64,000 nucleotides of DNA from Luteolibacter pohnpeiensis (GTDB lineage: Bacteria; Verrucomicrobiota; Verrucomicrobiia; Verrucomicrobiales; Akkermansiaceae), in contig NZ_JAENIJ010000002.1 in the NCBI RefSeq assembly GCF_016595435.1, positions 84,545 to 148,544 of the forward strand, in the 5' to 3' direction. Of this stretch, positions 9,949 through 18,804 are shown piece by piece (position 1 is the first letter of the stretch; each line of letters starts with the position of its first letter). The position numbers and the translations under genes were made by a program. Under the pieces are notes generated by a model. The model was given only the letters and a program-made list of their open reading frames with translations, did not search any database and was not told the DNA's origin.

Positions 9949-10788
9949 TCATTGCTGCCGTTGCAAGGCGAGCTCGACCAATTTGGCCGCCTGCTTCCGG
10001 ATCTCCTTGATCTGCTCTTTCGTTGGTTCGGCATTTTCTCCGATCACCATTTCCGTGCGCAAACCTGCTAAAATGTCGCGCATCGCCAGATAATTGGGCC
10101 GCTCCGAAATTCGCGGCTCCAGGCTGGCAACGCTCTCCGTGTAATAATCGGCAATGTCCTCGCGCATCACCTTGCGCGCGCGTTCCGGTGAAAACTGGTT
10201 ATCGACAGCCACCGTTGACACTTCCAGCGCGCGGATCCAGCCACCGAGGGAAATCAAGTGAGCCAAGTCCGCATCGCGCAGGCTCAGTAGCTCAATCACC
10301 ACATCGCGTTGAGTTGCAGCCAACTCTTTCTTCAGTTGCTCAACTTCCTGCTTGCGAGCACTTTCCAGCAAACTAGCCGCGTGGCGATTCACCCGGTCTC
10401 CCGCTCCGAGAGCCTTGCCATATCGGGTCAAATCCGCGGCAAGATCCTCCACTTTTTCCATTTGGCCGGCTTGCACGACAAGGAATCCATCGGCGATGAG
10501 AAATCCGAGTTCCATCGCGAGGTCGGCACGATCAAGCGGCATGCGTGCCGGCATTTTCCGCTCGGTCTCAGCAATGGGCAAGGGCATGAGAAATTGGAGC
10601 GTATCAAACAATTTCGCGATGGACGGAGCCGTGAACTCATTGACGGCGGATTCTTCCAGCACATGAGGATCATCCAACAGATCGGCCGGGATTTCCCCCT
10701 TCCAATCGACAGCTTCCCCATCCTCCTGAGCATGCGCTGCAAATGACAGGACAACCAATGCGAGAACTCCTGCAATCCAATGTTTCAC
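9949..10788 (-). CDS. Secreted hypothetical protein.
   Basis: A GTG start gives the signal peptide (M)KHWIAGVLALVVLSFAAHAQ. The rest is acidic and helical with no recognisable domain. Confidence 0.5.
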   Translation of the reverse strand: MKHWIAGVLALVVLSFAAHAQEDGEAVDWKGEIPADLLDDPHVLEESAVNEFTAPSIAKLFDTLQFLMPLPIAETERKMPARMPLDRADLAMELGFLIADGFLVVQAGQMEKVEDLAADLTRYGKALGAGDRVNRHAASLLESARKQEVEQLKKELAATQRDVVIELLSLRDADLAHLISLGGWIRALEVSTVAVDNQFSPERARKVMREDIADYYTESVASLEPRISERPNYLAMRDILAGLRTEMVIGENAEPTKEQIKEIRKQAAKLVELALQRQQ

Positions 10789-11148
10789 GAGCGCAGGCTG
10801 CCACCGTCTAGCGGATTCGGCAACCGACAAATCGCGGGGAAATGCAGTAGGAAATGGGCAAAATCCGCCACCTCACTTTTGAATTGCCAAGATGCGGAAC
10901 CTAGGGGAGAGTGTCGTCGTTGGAACGACGGAGGGACATTCCGGTCCGCAACGCGCGGAAAGTCCCGGGGTTCAAGCATCCCGCCCACCTTTGCTAAGCA
11001 ACGCAGCGCTCAGGTAACGGCATGCCCCCAAAAGATCACGCCACATCGTGCCTTGATCCGTCTCTTAACCACCCGCGAATCCATGGCCCAGCCATATCCC
11101 GCGGTTTGGTCCCGCCCATTACCTCCCCAATTCGTAATCTATCCACTC

Positions 11149-11901
11149 ATGGCCGGTCACAACAAGTGGTCCAAGGTCAAACACATCAAAGCACGTGTCG
11201 ATGCCGTCAAAGGTAGAGTCTTCAGCAAGTGCGCCCACGAGATCGCCCTGGCGGCCCGTGCTGGCGGCGGAGACCCGGCTGCCAATGCCCGGCTACGTTC
11301 CGCCATCGATCATGCCAAATCCGTATCCATGCCTAAAGATAACATCGAGCGTGCCATTAAAAAAGGCACCGGCGAGCTCGGCGGCGATGCGATCCAGGAA
11401 GTTACTTATGAAGGATATGGCCCAGGCGGCACCGCATTTATTGTCGAAATGGCAACCGATAACCTCAACCGCTCCGCCCAGGATACCCGCACGATTTTTT
11501 CGAAAAACGGCGGCAGCATCGGCACGCCTGGCAGCGTTTCCTATCAATTTGATCGCAAGGGAGAAATCCGTATCCCCGCGACCAGCATCTCTGCGGAGAA
11601 GCTCATGGATCTTGCGATTGAAGCAGGTGCGGACGACATCCAGAGCGATGACGACGAACACCTCATTTACACCGCGCCTACTGAGCTCGGCAGCGTCGCC
11701 AATATCCTGCGCGACCGTGAAATTTCCCTCACCTCTGAAAAACTCGTATCCATCCCACAAACACCCATTTTGATCGATGACCTGATCATCGCCCGCCAAG
11801 TCGTGAAAATTTACGACGTTATCGACGACTATCAGGACACTCACAACCTTTTCACCAATTTCGAGATCGCAGAGGAACTTCTCGATCAGATCGATCCATA
11901 A
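11149..11901 (+). CDS. yebC: YebC/PmpR-family transcriptional regulator (DUF28).
   Basis: MAGHNKWSKVKHIKARVDAVKG start, typical of the family, 250 aa. The track ORF is extended 123 codons upstream across the intergenic region. Confidence 0.9.
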   Translation: MAGHNKWSKVKHIKARVDAVKGRVFSKCAHEIALAARAGGGDPAANARLRSAIDHAKSVSMPKDNIERAIKKGTGELGGDAIQEVTYEGYGPGGTAFIVEMATDNLNRSAQDTRTIFSKNGGSIGTPGSVSYQFDRKGEIRIPATSISAEKLMDLAIEAGADDIQSDDDEHLIYTAPTELGSVANILRDREISLTSEKLVSIPQTPILIDDLIIARQVVKIYDVIDDYQDTHNLFTNFEIAEELLDQIDP

Positions 11902-11912
11902 ACCACTTTCGG

Positions 11913-13763
11913 ATGAGCAAAAACACCAACGAGGAAACCATCTCCCAGGCCACTGTGGATACCGAAACCAAGTCGGCGACAGCACGCAAGACGACCGCGA
12001 AAAAAGCCGCTACCAAGAAAGTAGCCGCCAAAAAAACCACGGCGAAAAAAGCAGCTGTCAAAAAAGTCGCGGCAAAGAAAACCGCCACGAAAAAGACTGC
12101 CGTAGATCAGGTTGAATTGCCTCTGGACGTAGCCTCCGCTCCGGTAAAACCGGCAGCCGCGAAAAAAACGGCGAGCCCGCGGGCTAGGAAAGCAGCCGCC
12201 GTCGCCACCGAAGAATCTCCCGTTTCCGCCCCAGCCCCGGCTGCGAAGGAGGAAACCCGCCCAGCAGAAGCTTCACAATCGGCACCGGCGGCCGATTCCC
12301 AAGTTGAGGAATCTCCCCGCCGCTTTGGCCGCGTCCCGGGTGGTGGACCTGTCGGCACCGCTACCCAGAAAGAGCCAAGCTCGAACGATTCTCACGAATC
12401 CGGCGTGCAAAACCGCGATACTGCCGATTTACCCCCCAAAGAACGCCACTCCCATTCGCGTGATGGCCAACATGCCGCTGCCGGAAATCACGCTGAGGGC
12501 GGAAATGGTGGAGATAGCCGCAGCAAGCGCCGCCGCGAGAAGCGGAAGCGCCGCCGTGATCAAGAGCGCAAAAATCGTAACGATCGAGGCGAACGCAACC
12601 CACGTGGTGGCGAAGATTTCCAACAGGAACGCCGCCCGGTGCAACTCGACGGACCCAAGGTCGAAGTCGATGGCATGCTGGAGCTTGCGCCAAAAGGATT
12701 CGGTTTCCTGCGTGTGCCGGGTAAAAACTTCGAACAGGCACGCGACGACGTGTTTGTTCCGCCCGATTTCATCCGCAAATACAACCTGCGCTTGGGCCAA
12801 TGGATCCACGGAATTTCCCAGGAAGGTCCACGCGGTCCTCAGCTGGTGGAAATCACCAGCATCAATGGCATGACCATCGCCGAAGCAGCCAAGTTGCCGC
12901 ATTTCGACGAACTGAAAGCGATCAACCCGAACAAGCGCATCAGTTTCGAAACGACTTCCGATCGCTTCACAACCCGGGTTGTCGACCTGATGGCTCCCGT
13001 CGGTCGCGGCCAGCGCGGCTTGATTGTATCCCCTCCTCGTTCCGGCAAAACCACCTTGCTGCTGCACATGGCGGAAGCCATCCGGGAAAAATACGACGAG
13101 CAGATGCACCTGATGATCATTCTGGTCGATGAGCGCCCGGAGGAAGTCACCGAGTTTCGCCGTGCACTTCCCGGTGCGGAAATTTTCGCCAGCTCCAACG
13201 ACGAAGGTGCCCGCAGCCATTGCCGCATCGCGGAACTTGCCATCGAACGAGCCAAGCGCCTGGTCGAGGCCGGTCAGGATGTCTTTGTGCTGATGGACTC
13301 GATCACCCGCCTTGCCCGCGCCTACAATGGCAACATGAACCATCGTGGCCGGGGCACCGGTACCGGCGGTCTCACCATCGGCTCGCTGGAAGTTCCACGC
13401 CGCCTGTTCGCTGCCGCCCGCAACACGCGTGGTGGAGGTTCGTTGACGATCCTCGCGACGGCTTTGATCCAGACCAACTCGCGGGCGGACGAAGCGATCT
13501 ACATGGAATTCAAAGGCACCGGCAACATGGAGCTCGTGCTCGATCGCAAAATCGCGGAAAACTACATCTATCCTGCCGTGGACATCTTCAAATCGGGAAC
13601 CCGGCGCGAAGAACTTCTGCTGCCGGACCACATGCTGCACAAAATCCACCTCATCCGCCGTGGACTCGCCGGTCACCGGCCAGCGGAAGCGATGGAACGC
13701 CTGCTCTATTTCCTGAAGAAATTTCCGAATAATCCTCAGATGCTTCTTGAGATAAAAGGGTGA
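11913..13763 (+). CDS. rho: Transcription termination factor Rho with an N-terminal insertion of about 230 aa that is lysine/alanine-rich and RG-rich.
   Basis: The C-terminal 400 aa carry canonical Rho motifs (PPRSGKTTLL Walker A, Q-loop and R-loop regions). The N-terminus carries (A/T)KKAA-type repeats resembling histone H1, followed by RRREKRKRRRDQERKNRNDRGERNPRGG. Confidence 0.95.
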   Translation: MSKNTNEETISQATVDTETKSATARKTTAKKAATKKVAAKKTTAKKAAVKKVAAKKTATKKTAVDQVELPLDVASAPVKPAAAKKTASPRARKAAAVATEESPVSAPAPAAKEETRPAEASQSAPAADSQVEESPRRFGRVPGGGPVGTATQKEPSSNDSHESGVQNRDTADLPPKERHSHSRDGQHAAAGNHAEGGNGGDSRSKRRREKRKRRRDQERKNRNDRGERNPRGGEDFQQERRPVQLDGPKVEVDGMLELAPKGFGFLRVPGKNFEQARDDVFVPPDFIRKYNLRLGQWIHGISQEGPRGPQLVEITSINGMTIAEAAKLPHFDELKAINPNKRISFETTSDRFTTRVVDLMAPVGRGQRGLIVSPPRSGKTTLLLHMAEAIREKYDEQMHLMIILVDERPEEVTEFRRALPGAEIFASSNDEGARSHCRIAELAIERAKRLVEAGQDVFVLMDSITRLARAYNGNMNHRGRGTGTGGLTIGSLEVPRRLFAAARNTRGGGSLTILATALIQTNSRADEAIYMEFKGTGNMELVLDRKIAENYIYPAVDIFKSGTRREELLLPDHMLHKIHLIRRGLAGHRPAEAMERLLYFLKKFPNNPQMLLEIKG

Positions 13764-13772
13764 TCATTCCCC

Positions 13773-14084
13773 ATGCGACAGGAGCAACAGGAAATCGAAG
13801 TCGAGGTCGTGGAGATCGATGGCGTAGCCACCGCTCCACCTGCCAAAGGCTATTCCGATCCCCATCACGACCCATATTCCACGGGAACTTCCGGAGGATG
13901 GGCGTGGCAGGATTGGCAAAAATGGCCCGGCCGGGTCCGTCAGCTCGACATGCGCTGGTGGCCGCTCTGGCTGTTTCTCGGCATCATTGCCCTATTTCTG
14001 CTCGTCACCATCGGCCTGGTCGCGGCGGCGATTTTTCTTCTGATCAAAATCGCCCAAATCATCTTCCGCGGACTTTCCCGCTGA
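13773..14084 (+). CDS. Small membrane protein, hypothetical.
   Basis: 103 aa. The C-terminal TM segment is WWPLWLFLGIIALFLLVTIGLVAAAIFLLI. It starts 10 bp after the rho stop. Confidence 0.4.
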   Translation: MRQEQQEIEVEVVEIDGVATAPPAKGYSDPHHDPYSTGTSGGWAWQDWQKWPGRVRQLDMRWWPLWLFLGIIALFLLVTIGLVAAAIFLLIKIAQIIFRGLSR

Positions 14085-14249
14085 AGTGGCTTCAGTTTAC
14101 GATCACTGCTCGACTTGATCCAAAAGTTCTTCGAGCAGAGACACCTCTGAAGGTAAGTTATCCTCTGTCAGGCACGTCATGCTGCGATTGCTCTCCAATC
14201 TGAATCCGCCAACCAGATCAGAATTCGATATCAATTTATTCGGAATTTC

Positions 14250-14867
14250 TCAGTTAAACTTCGTCGGCAGTGACGGGTTCTGCTCGTGCTGCCAGGCGGT
14301 CTGCAACTGAGCTGCACCGGTGCGATGCGTGTCCAATGGCGGCAATTGGTCGATTGGAAAAAAATCGATTTCACTGCTCTCGATGCTCGTCGTCGCCTCG
14401 CCGCCGATGAGGTCACAGAGGATGTAGATTTTGTAAATCGTGTGGGCATTCCTGGGGTAGCCAGCTCGATCCCGATCCACCACCGACGAAATCATGCGCG
14501 CCTTCACGATGAAACCGGTTTCCTCCAGGCACTCGCGTTCGACATTTTCGGCCGGAGAGGCATTCACATCTGCCCATCCTCCGGGCAGGGTCCAGAGCCC
14601 GGAGGAAACTTCCTTGATCATCAGTACCGAATTTCCGCGGAACACGACGGCTCTTACATCCACCTTCGGCGTCTCGTAGCCGAGTTCATCCGGCCAGGTG
14701 AAATCGGGCGAATAATCGGGGATCTGCAGGAGTTCACCGGCCATTTCCCGCAGCCTCTGGTAGCGCTCCAGATCGAATGGATCTTTCGCATACGTCAATC
14801 CAACCTGCGCGATCGACGCAAGCTCCCGAGAAAATTCCAACAAGTCCGCCACGCCCCACGTTTGCAT
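14250..14867 (-). CDS. NUDIX hydrolase with an N-terminal extension domain.
   Basis: Nudix box GGWADVNASPAENVERECLEETG. Confidence 0.8.
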   Translation of the reverse strand: MQTWGVADLLEFSRELASIAQVGLTYAKDPFDLERYQRLREMAGELLQIPDYSPDFTWPDELGYETPKVDVRAVVFRGNSVLMIKEVSSGLWTLPGGWADVNASPAENVERECLEETGFIVKARMISSVVDRDRAGYPRNAHTIYKIYILCDLIGGEATTSIESSEIDFFPIDQLPPLDTHRTGAAQLQTAWQHEQNPSLPTKFN

Positions 14868-14944
14868 ACGATTGTCTGAATCTCACGCATCAAATGATCG
14901 ATTCAATGTATTCCTGATGAAGAAATCCGATTGCCCTACCAGCA

Positions 14945-16606
14945 TTGTGGCCTCATCTTGATAGCCCCATGGATATTGGTGACGAAGCTGCAAGCAACCG
15001 ATGTGAGGTCAATCTGGAACGGCTCAACCTTGCGCTGCGAGCGTCGAACGAAGGCATCTGGGACTGGCAAACTGCGGAGGCGGACATTTACTACTCTCAT
15101 CGTATTCTTGAGTTTTTCGGCTGTGAAGCCGGGCAGGCACCGAATCTTTTCCTCCCGCCTTTTGAGTCGATCCATCCGGACGATCGGGTTCGCTTTGAGC
15201 AAACTCTGGCCCGTGCTCTAGCTCCTGGCGGGCCGGATACCCTGGCGATCGATGCCCAAGTGCAGGCGGGATCAGGCGTTCACCTTTGGCTGCGCATCCG
15301 CGGCACCGTGCTGCGCGATGAAGCGGGAAACGCAACCCGCATCGCCGGCTCGATGATCGATATCAGCAGGCGTAAATTCGCTGAGTCGCAGCTTGAAGAA
15401 GAGCGGTTTTTGTTACGGCAGTTGATCGATAACGTGCCGCTGCAGATTTATTTCAAAAACCTCGAATCGCGCTTCACTCTGACCAACAAGCGCATGGCGG
15501 AATGGATGGGCCTGGAAAAACCAGAGGACATGCTGGGCAAGCACGATCGGGATTTTTTCGAAGACGACCATTCACGCGCTGCCGAAGATGATGAGCGCAA
15601 CATTGTCGAAACCCGCCAACCCATTGTTGGAAAGCTCGAACACGAAACCTGGCACGAGGGCGAAGAAACCTGGGTCACCAGTTCCAAATTTCCATGGCTG
15701 GATCGCAATGGCAACATCCGCGGAACCTTCGGGGTTTCGGGTGATGTCACCGAGCTGGTGCGCACGCGGCAGGAAGCTGTCGTCCTGGCCGGAGAGCTGC
15801 AAAAGCGAAACGAGGCCTACGAAGAAGAACTCCACCTCGCCCGGGAAGTGCAACAAGCGCTGGCCAGCAGTGGCTTTCCCAAAGTTTCCGGGCCGGAAGG
15901 CGATGCTCTGCATTTCAGTTCCCGTTACATCCCGATCTCGGGATTGGCTGGCGATTTCTTCGAGGTGATCCCGATTTCCGATCACGAAGCGGGAATGTTG
16001 ATTTGCGATGTGATGGGCCACGGGGTGCGTGCCGCGCTGATCGTGGCGATGCTGCGTGGATTGTTAGAAAAGCAGCGTGCCCAGGCGGCCGATCCCAGCC
16101 AGTTTCTGAAAGGCCTGAATGACGGACTCTCCGCCATTCTGGATCGGGCCGGTGCTTCGATGTTCGCAACCGCATTTTATGCCGTGGTGAACCTCAAGAC
16201 CGACACCTTGAAATACGCCTGCGCCGGCCATCCCGGCCCGGTGGCGGCAGGATCTAACGGAGTCTATCAACTCGCCTTCGATCGCTCGGAGCGAGGACCA
16301 GGACTCGGCTTGATCAAAGGCGCTGCATATCCTTCTAACAAAGCCAAATTGGCTGAGATTGATCGCATCATCCTCTTCACCGATGGCGTGCTGGAAGCGG
16401 AGAATCAGGTGGGTGAACCGTTTTTCGAAAATCGCCTGATGGAACTCATCAGTGAAGGAACCGGCCAGACGTTGGATGAAATGTTGGACGGCATCCTCTC
16501 CACGGTGCTGGCGTTTTCCGAAGGCAAGCGCTTCGACGACGATGTGTGCCTGCTCGCCGTCGAAATGGTCCGCAAGCCGCAGCCTCAGTCGAGCAGATCC
16601 GCGTAG
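14945..16606 (+). CDS. PAS-domain protein serine/threonine phosphatase (PP2C/SpoIIE family, RsbU-like).
   Basis: Two PAS-like N-terminal modules. C-terminal PP2C motifs GDFFEV, CDVMGHG and FTDGV. Confidence 0.8.
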   Translation: MWPHLDSPMDIGDEAASNRCEVNLERLNLALRASNEGIWDWQTAEADIYYSHRILEFFGCEAGQAPNLFLPPFESIHPDDRVRFEQTLARALAPGGPDTLAIDAQVQAGSGVHLWLRIRGTVLRDEAGNATRIAGSMIDISRRKFAESQLEEERFLLRQLIDNVPLQIYFKNLESRFTLTNKRMAEWMGLEKPEDMLGKHDRDFFEDDHSRAAEDDERNIVETRQPIVGKLEHETWHEGEETWVTSSKFPWLDRNGNIRGTFGVSGDVTELVRTRQEAVVLAGELQKRNEAYEEELHLAREVQQALASSGFPKVSGPEGDALHFSSRYIPISGLAGDFFEVIPISDHEAGMLICDVMGHGVRAALIVAMLRGLLEKQRAQAADPSQFLKGLNDGLSAILDRAGASMFATAFYAVVNLKTDTLKYACAGHPGPVAAGSNGVYQLAFDRSERGPGLGLIKGAAYPSNKAKLAEIDRIILFTDGVLEAENQVGEPFFENRLMELISEGTGQTLDEMLDGILSTVLAFSEGKRFDDDVCLLAVEMVRKPQPQSSRSA

Positions 16607-18351
16607 TTCGCCTTCGCCAGATCGAGTGAAAGGTCCAGGATGACCTGGCTGTTCCCTTTGGTCAGCGCCAGATTCGCCATTTCCTCGCACTCGACGTGAT
16701 TGAGCGAACGAATCGCCTGACCCACACGCGGCACTTGCAACGGGCCTACCGAAAGTTCTTCAACGCCAAGCCCGATCAGCAGCGGAGTGAGTCGCACATC
16801 GCCGGCGATTTCGCCGCAAACGCCGGTCCAGATGCCGTTGTCGTTGGCCGCTTCGATCGTCCGCTTGATCAAGCGAATCACCGCCGGATGGGTCGGCCGA
16901 TAAAGCTCCGCAACGTGCGGATTCACCCGGTCTGCGGCGACCGTGTATTGGATCAAGTCGTTGGTGCCGATCGAGAAGAAATCGACTTCAGGAGCCAGCA
17001 AATCCGCACAAACTGCGGCGGATGGCACTTCAATCATGATCCCCATTGGCAACTTGGGATCAAAAGGCACGCCTTCCTCGTGCAGTTCATCCATGCAGCG
17101 CTTGAGCATTTCCCGCCCCTTGCGGACTTCCGAAAGGCCGGAAATCAGTGGAAACATCACGGAAACCTTGCCCTTGCCGCTGGCTCGCAAAATCGCCCGC
17201 AACTGATCGCGGAACATGTCCGGCCTGGCCAGCGAGACCCGGATTCCACGCCATCCGAGGAATGGGTTCGGCTCCGGATCGGTCAATGGCTCGACCGGCA
17301 GTTTGTCGCCACCCGCGTCTAAAGTCCGGATGATCACCGGATGCGGTGCCATCGTCTCGGCAATGCGGGAATAAACGTCCGCTTGCTCGCTTTCCCCCGG
17401 CATTTCCTCGCCGTTGAGCAAAAGGAATTCGGTCCGATAAAGTCCGATGCCCTTCGCTCCGCAGCTTTTGACCAGTGAAAGCTCATCGACCAGTTCGATG
17501 TTGGCGGAAACCGTCAACTCACGGCCATCGATTGTTTTCGTGGCCACTTCGCGCATGGCGTCCAGTGCCGAACGGACCTTTTCCTTCCGCTCGCTCAGCT
17601 CGCGGTAGTGCTCTTGAGTTTCCGCACTGGGGTAAAGGATCAGCTTGCCGGTGTAACCATCTAGAATCGCCGGAGCGAGAGTCTTGATGTCGATCACCGC
17701 ACCGTCCAGGCCCACCACTGCCGGGATTCCAAGCGCCCGGGCCAGAATCGCGGTGTGCGAGTTCACACTCCCCTGCTCGGTCGCGAATCCCATGACATGC
17801 CGCCGGTTCATCGACGCCGTATCGGATGGGGAAAGATCGTAGGCGACCAGGATATGGCGTCCATCGGGAACCAGCTGGCGGATGTCCTCACCCAGCTTGA
17901 AATTTCTCAGCACCCGCTGCGAAACGTCCTCAATATCCGCAGTTCTTTCTCGCAAATAGGGATCGGGAATCCGGCGCATCGCCTCCAGGAAATTCTGCAT
18001 CACCGCGTAGAACGCAAATTCCGCGTTCTGTTGCCGGGAACTGATCGCATCCGTCACCCGGTCGACCACCGCACGATCTTCCAACAGCATGATGTGCGCT
18101 TCGAAAATCGCCTGCTCATCATTGCCGGCCAGGACTTCCAGTCGGTTGCGCAACTCAGTGAGCTGCTTTTTGGTGACGTCGATCGCTTCCTCGAACCGCT
18201 GCTGTTCGCTGGCGATTTCTGAAGCCGAGATTTCATAGACCTCAGGGGCAGAAAACCCGCGGGCCATTACATGGATTAAGGAAAAAGCGATCCCCGGAGA
18301 CGCGGGAATCCCTTCATAAACGATTTCCGGTTCAAAGTCGCTTTTCGGCAT
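16585..18351 (-). CDS. ptsI: Phosphoenolpyruvate-protein phosphotransferase (PTS enzyme I).
   Basis: Start trimmed to MPKSDFEPEIVYEGIPASPGIAF. The PEP-utilising His region and the C-terminal TIM-barrel motifs are present. Confidence 0.9.
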   Translation of the reverse strand: MPKSDFEPEIVYEGIPASPGIAFSLIHVMARGFSAPEVYEISASEIASEQQRFEEAIDVTKKQLTELRNRLEVLAGNDEQAIFEAHIMLLEDRAVVDRVTDAISSRQQNAEFAFYAVMQNFLEAMRRIPDPYLRERTADIEDVSQRVLRNFKLGEDIRQLVPDGRHILVAYDLSPSDTASMNRRHVMGFATEQGSVNSHTAILARALGIPAVVGLDGAVIDIKTLAPAILDGYTGKLILYPSAETQEHYRELSERKEKVRSALDAMREVATKTIDGRELTVSANIELVDELSLVKSCGAKGIGLYRTEFLLLNGEEMPGESEQADVYSRIAETMAPHPVIIRTLDAGGDKLPVEPLTDPEPNPFLGWRGIRVSLARPDMFRDQLRAILRASGKGKVSVMFPLISGLSEVRKGREMLKRCMDELHEEGVPFDPKLPMGIMIEVPSAAVCADLLAPEVDFFSIGTNDLIQYTVAADRVNPHVAELYRPTHPAVIRLIKRTIEAANDNGIWTGVCGEIAGDVRLTPLLIGLGVEELSVGPLQVPRVGQAIRSLNHVECEEMANLALTKGNSQVILDLSLDLAKANYADLLD

Positions 18352-18455
18352 ATCCTCGACACAGCGTGATTCCTCAATGCCCCTTGGATCAAGGCGCAAT
18401 TTTATCCGGGCGTCCTACGCCCCATCAAATCAACGATTCAGAAGTGGATTTCCGC

Positions 18456-18722
18456 TCAATCCTCTTCAAATTTCCGGCTGATCAGGTCACCGATCGCCTC
18501 GAGAGCGGCATCTGCGTCTGATCCTTCGGCGTTCACCGAGATCACAGAGCCGTGACCAGCTGCCAGCATCATCAGTCCCATGATGCTCTTGCCGTCCACT
18601 TCCTCACCGTCCTTTTCGACGTAAATGTCTGCCTGGAAACGGTTTGCAGTTTTAACAAATTGAGCAGCAGGCCGGGCATGAATGCCGAGCTTGTTGAGGA
18701 TGGTGAAGTCTTTCTTTGCCAT
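18456..18722 (-). CDS. ptsH: Phosphocarrier protein HPr.
   Basis: MAKKDFTILNKLGIHARPAA with the active-site His in GIHARPA and the Ser46 region GKSIMGLM. 88 aa after trimming the track ORF. Confidence 0.9.
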   Translation of the reverse strand: MAKKDFTILNKLGIHARPAAQFVKTANRFQADIYVEKDGEEVDGKSIMGLMMLAAGHGSVISVNAEGSDADAALEAIGDLISRKFEED

Positions 18723-18804
18723 GGGATGGGGCTCACGCCGCCGGGAATCTAGTAAGGACCCACGGCGCATCCAAGGTAAAAGTTCGGCCAGCAGATGGAA
18801 ACCC

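Noticed and set aside
10900-10990. tRNA-like T-loop GGGGTTCAAGCATCCCGCCCACC in the divergent intergenic region.
   Set aside because: No T-stem complementarity, no acceptor-stem pairing and no D-arm could be built. I do not call it a tRNA.
12429-13676. 415-aa minus-strand ORF.
   Set aside because: It is antisense to the well-supported rho gene. This is a typical shadow ORF in GC-rich DNA.
16585-18399. N-terminal extensions on the ORF-track models of ptsI, ptsH, lrp, yebC, lexA, the Sel1 protein and the 3-hydroxyisobutyrate-DH-like gene.
   Set aside because: Conserved family N-termini begin at internal Met codons. The longer versions overlap neighbours, so I trimmed them.
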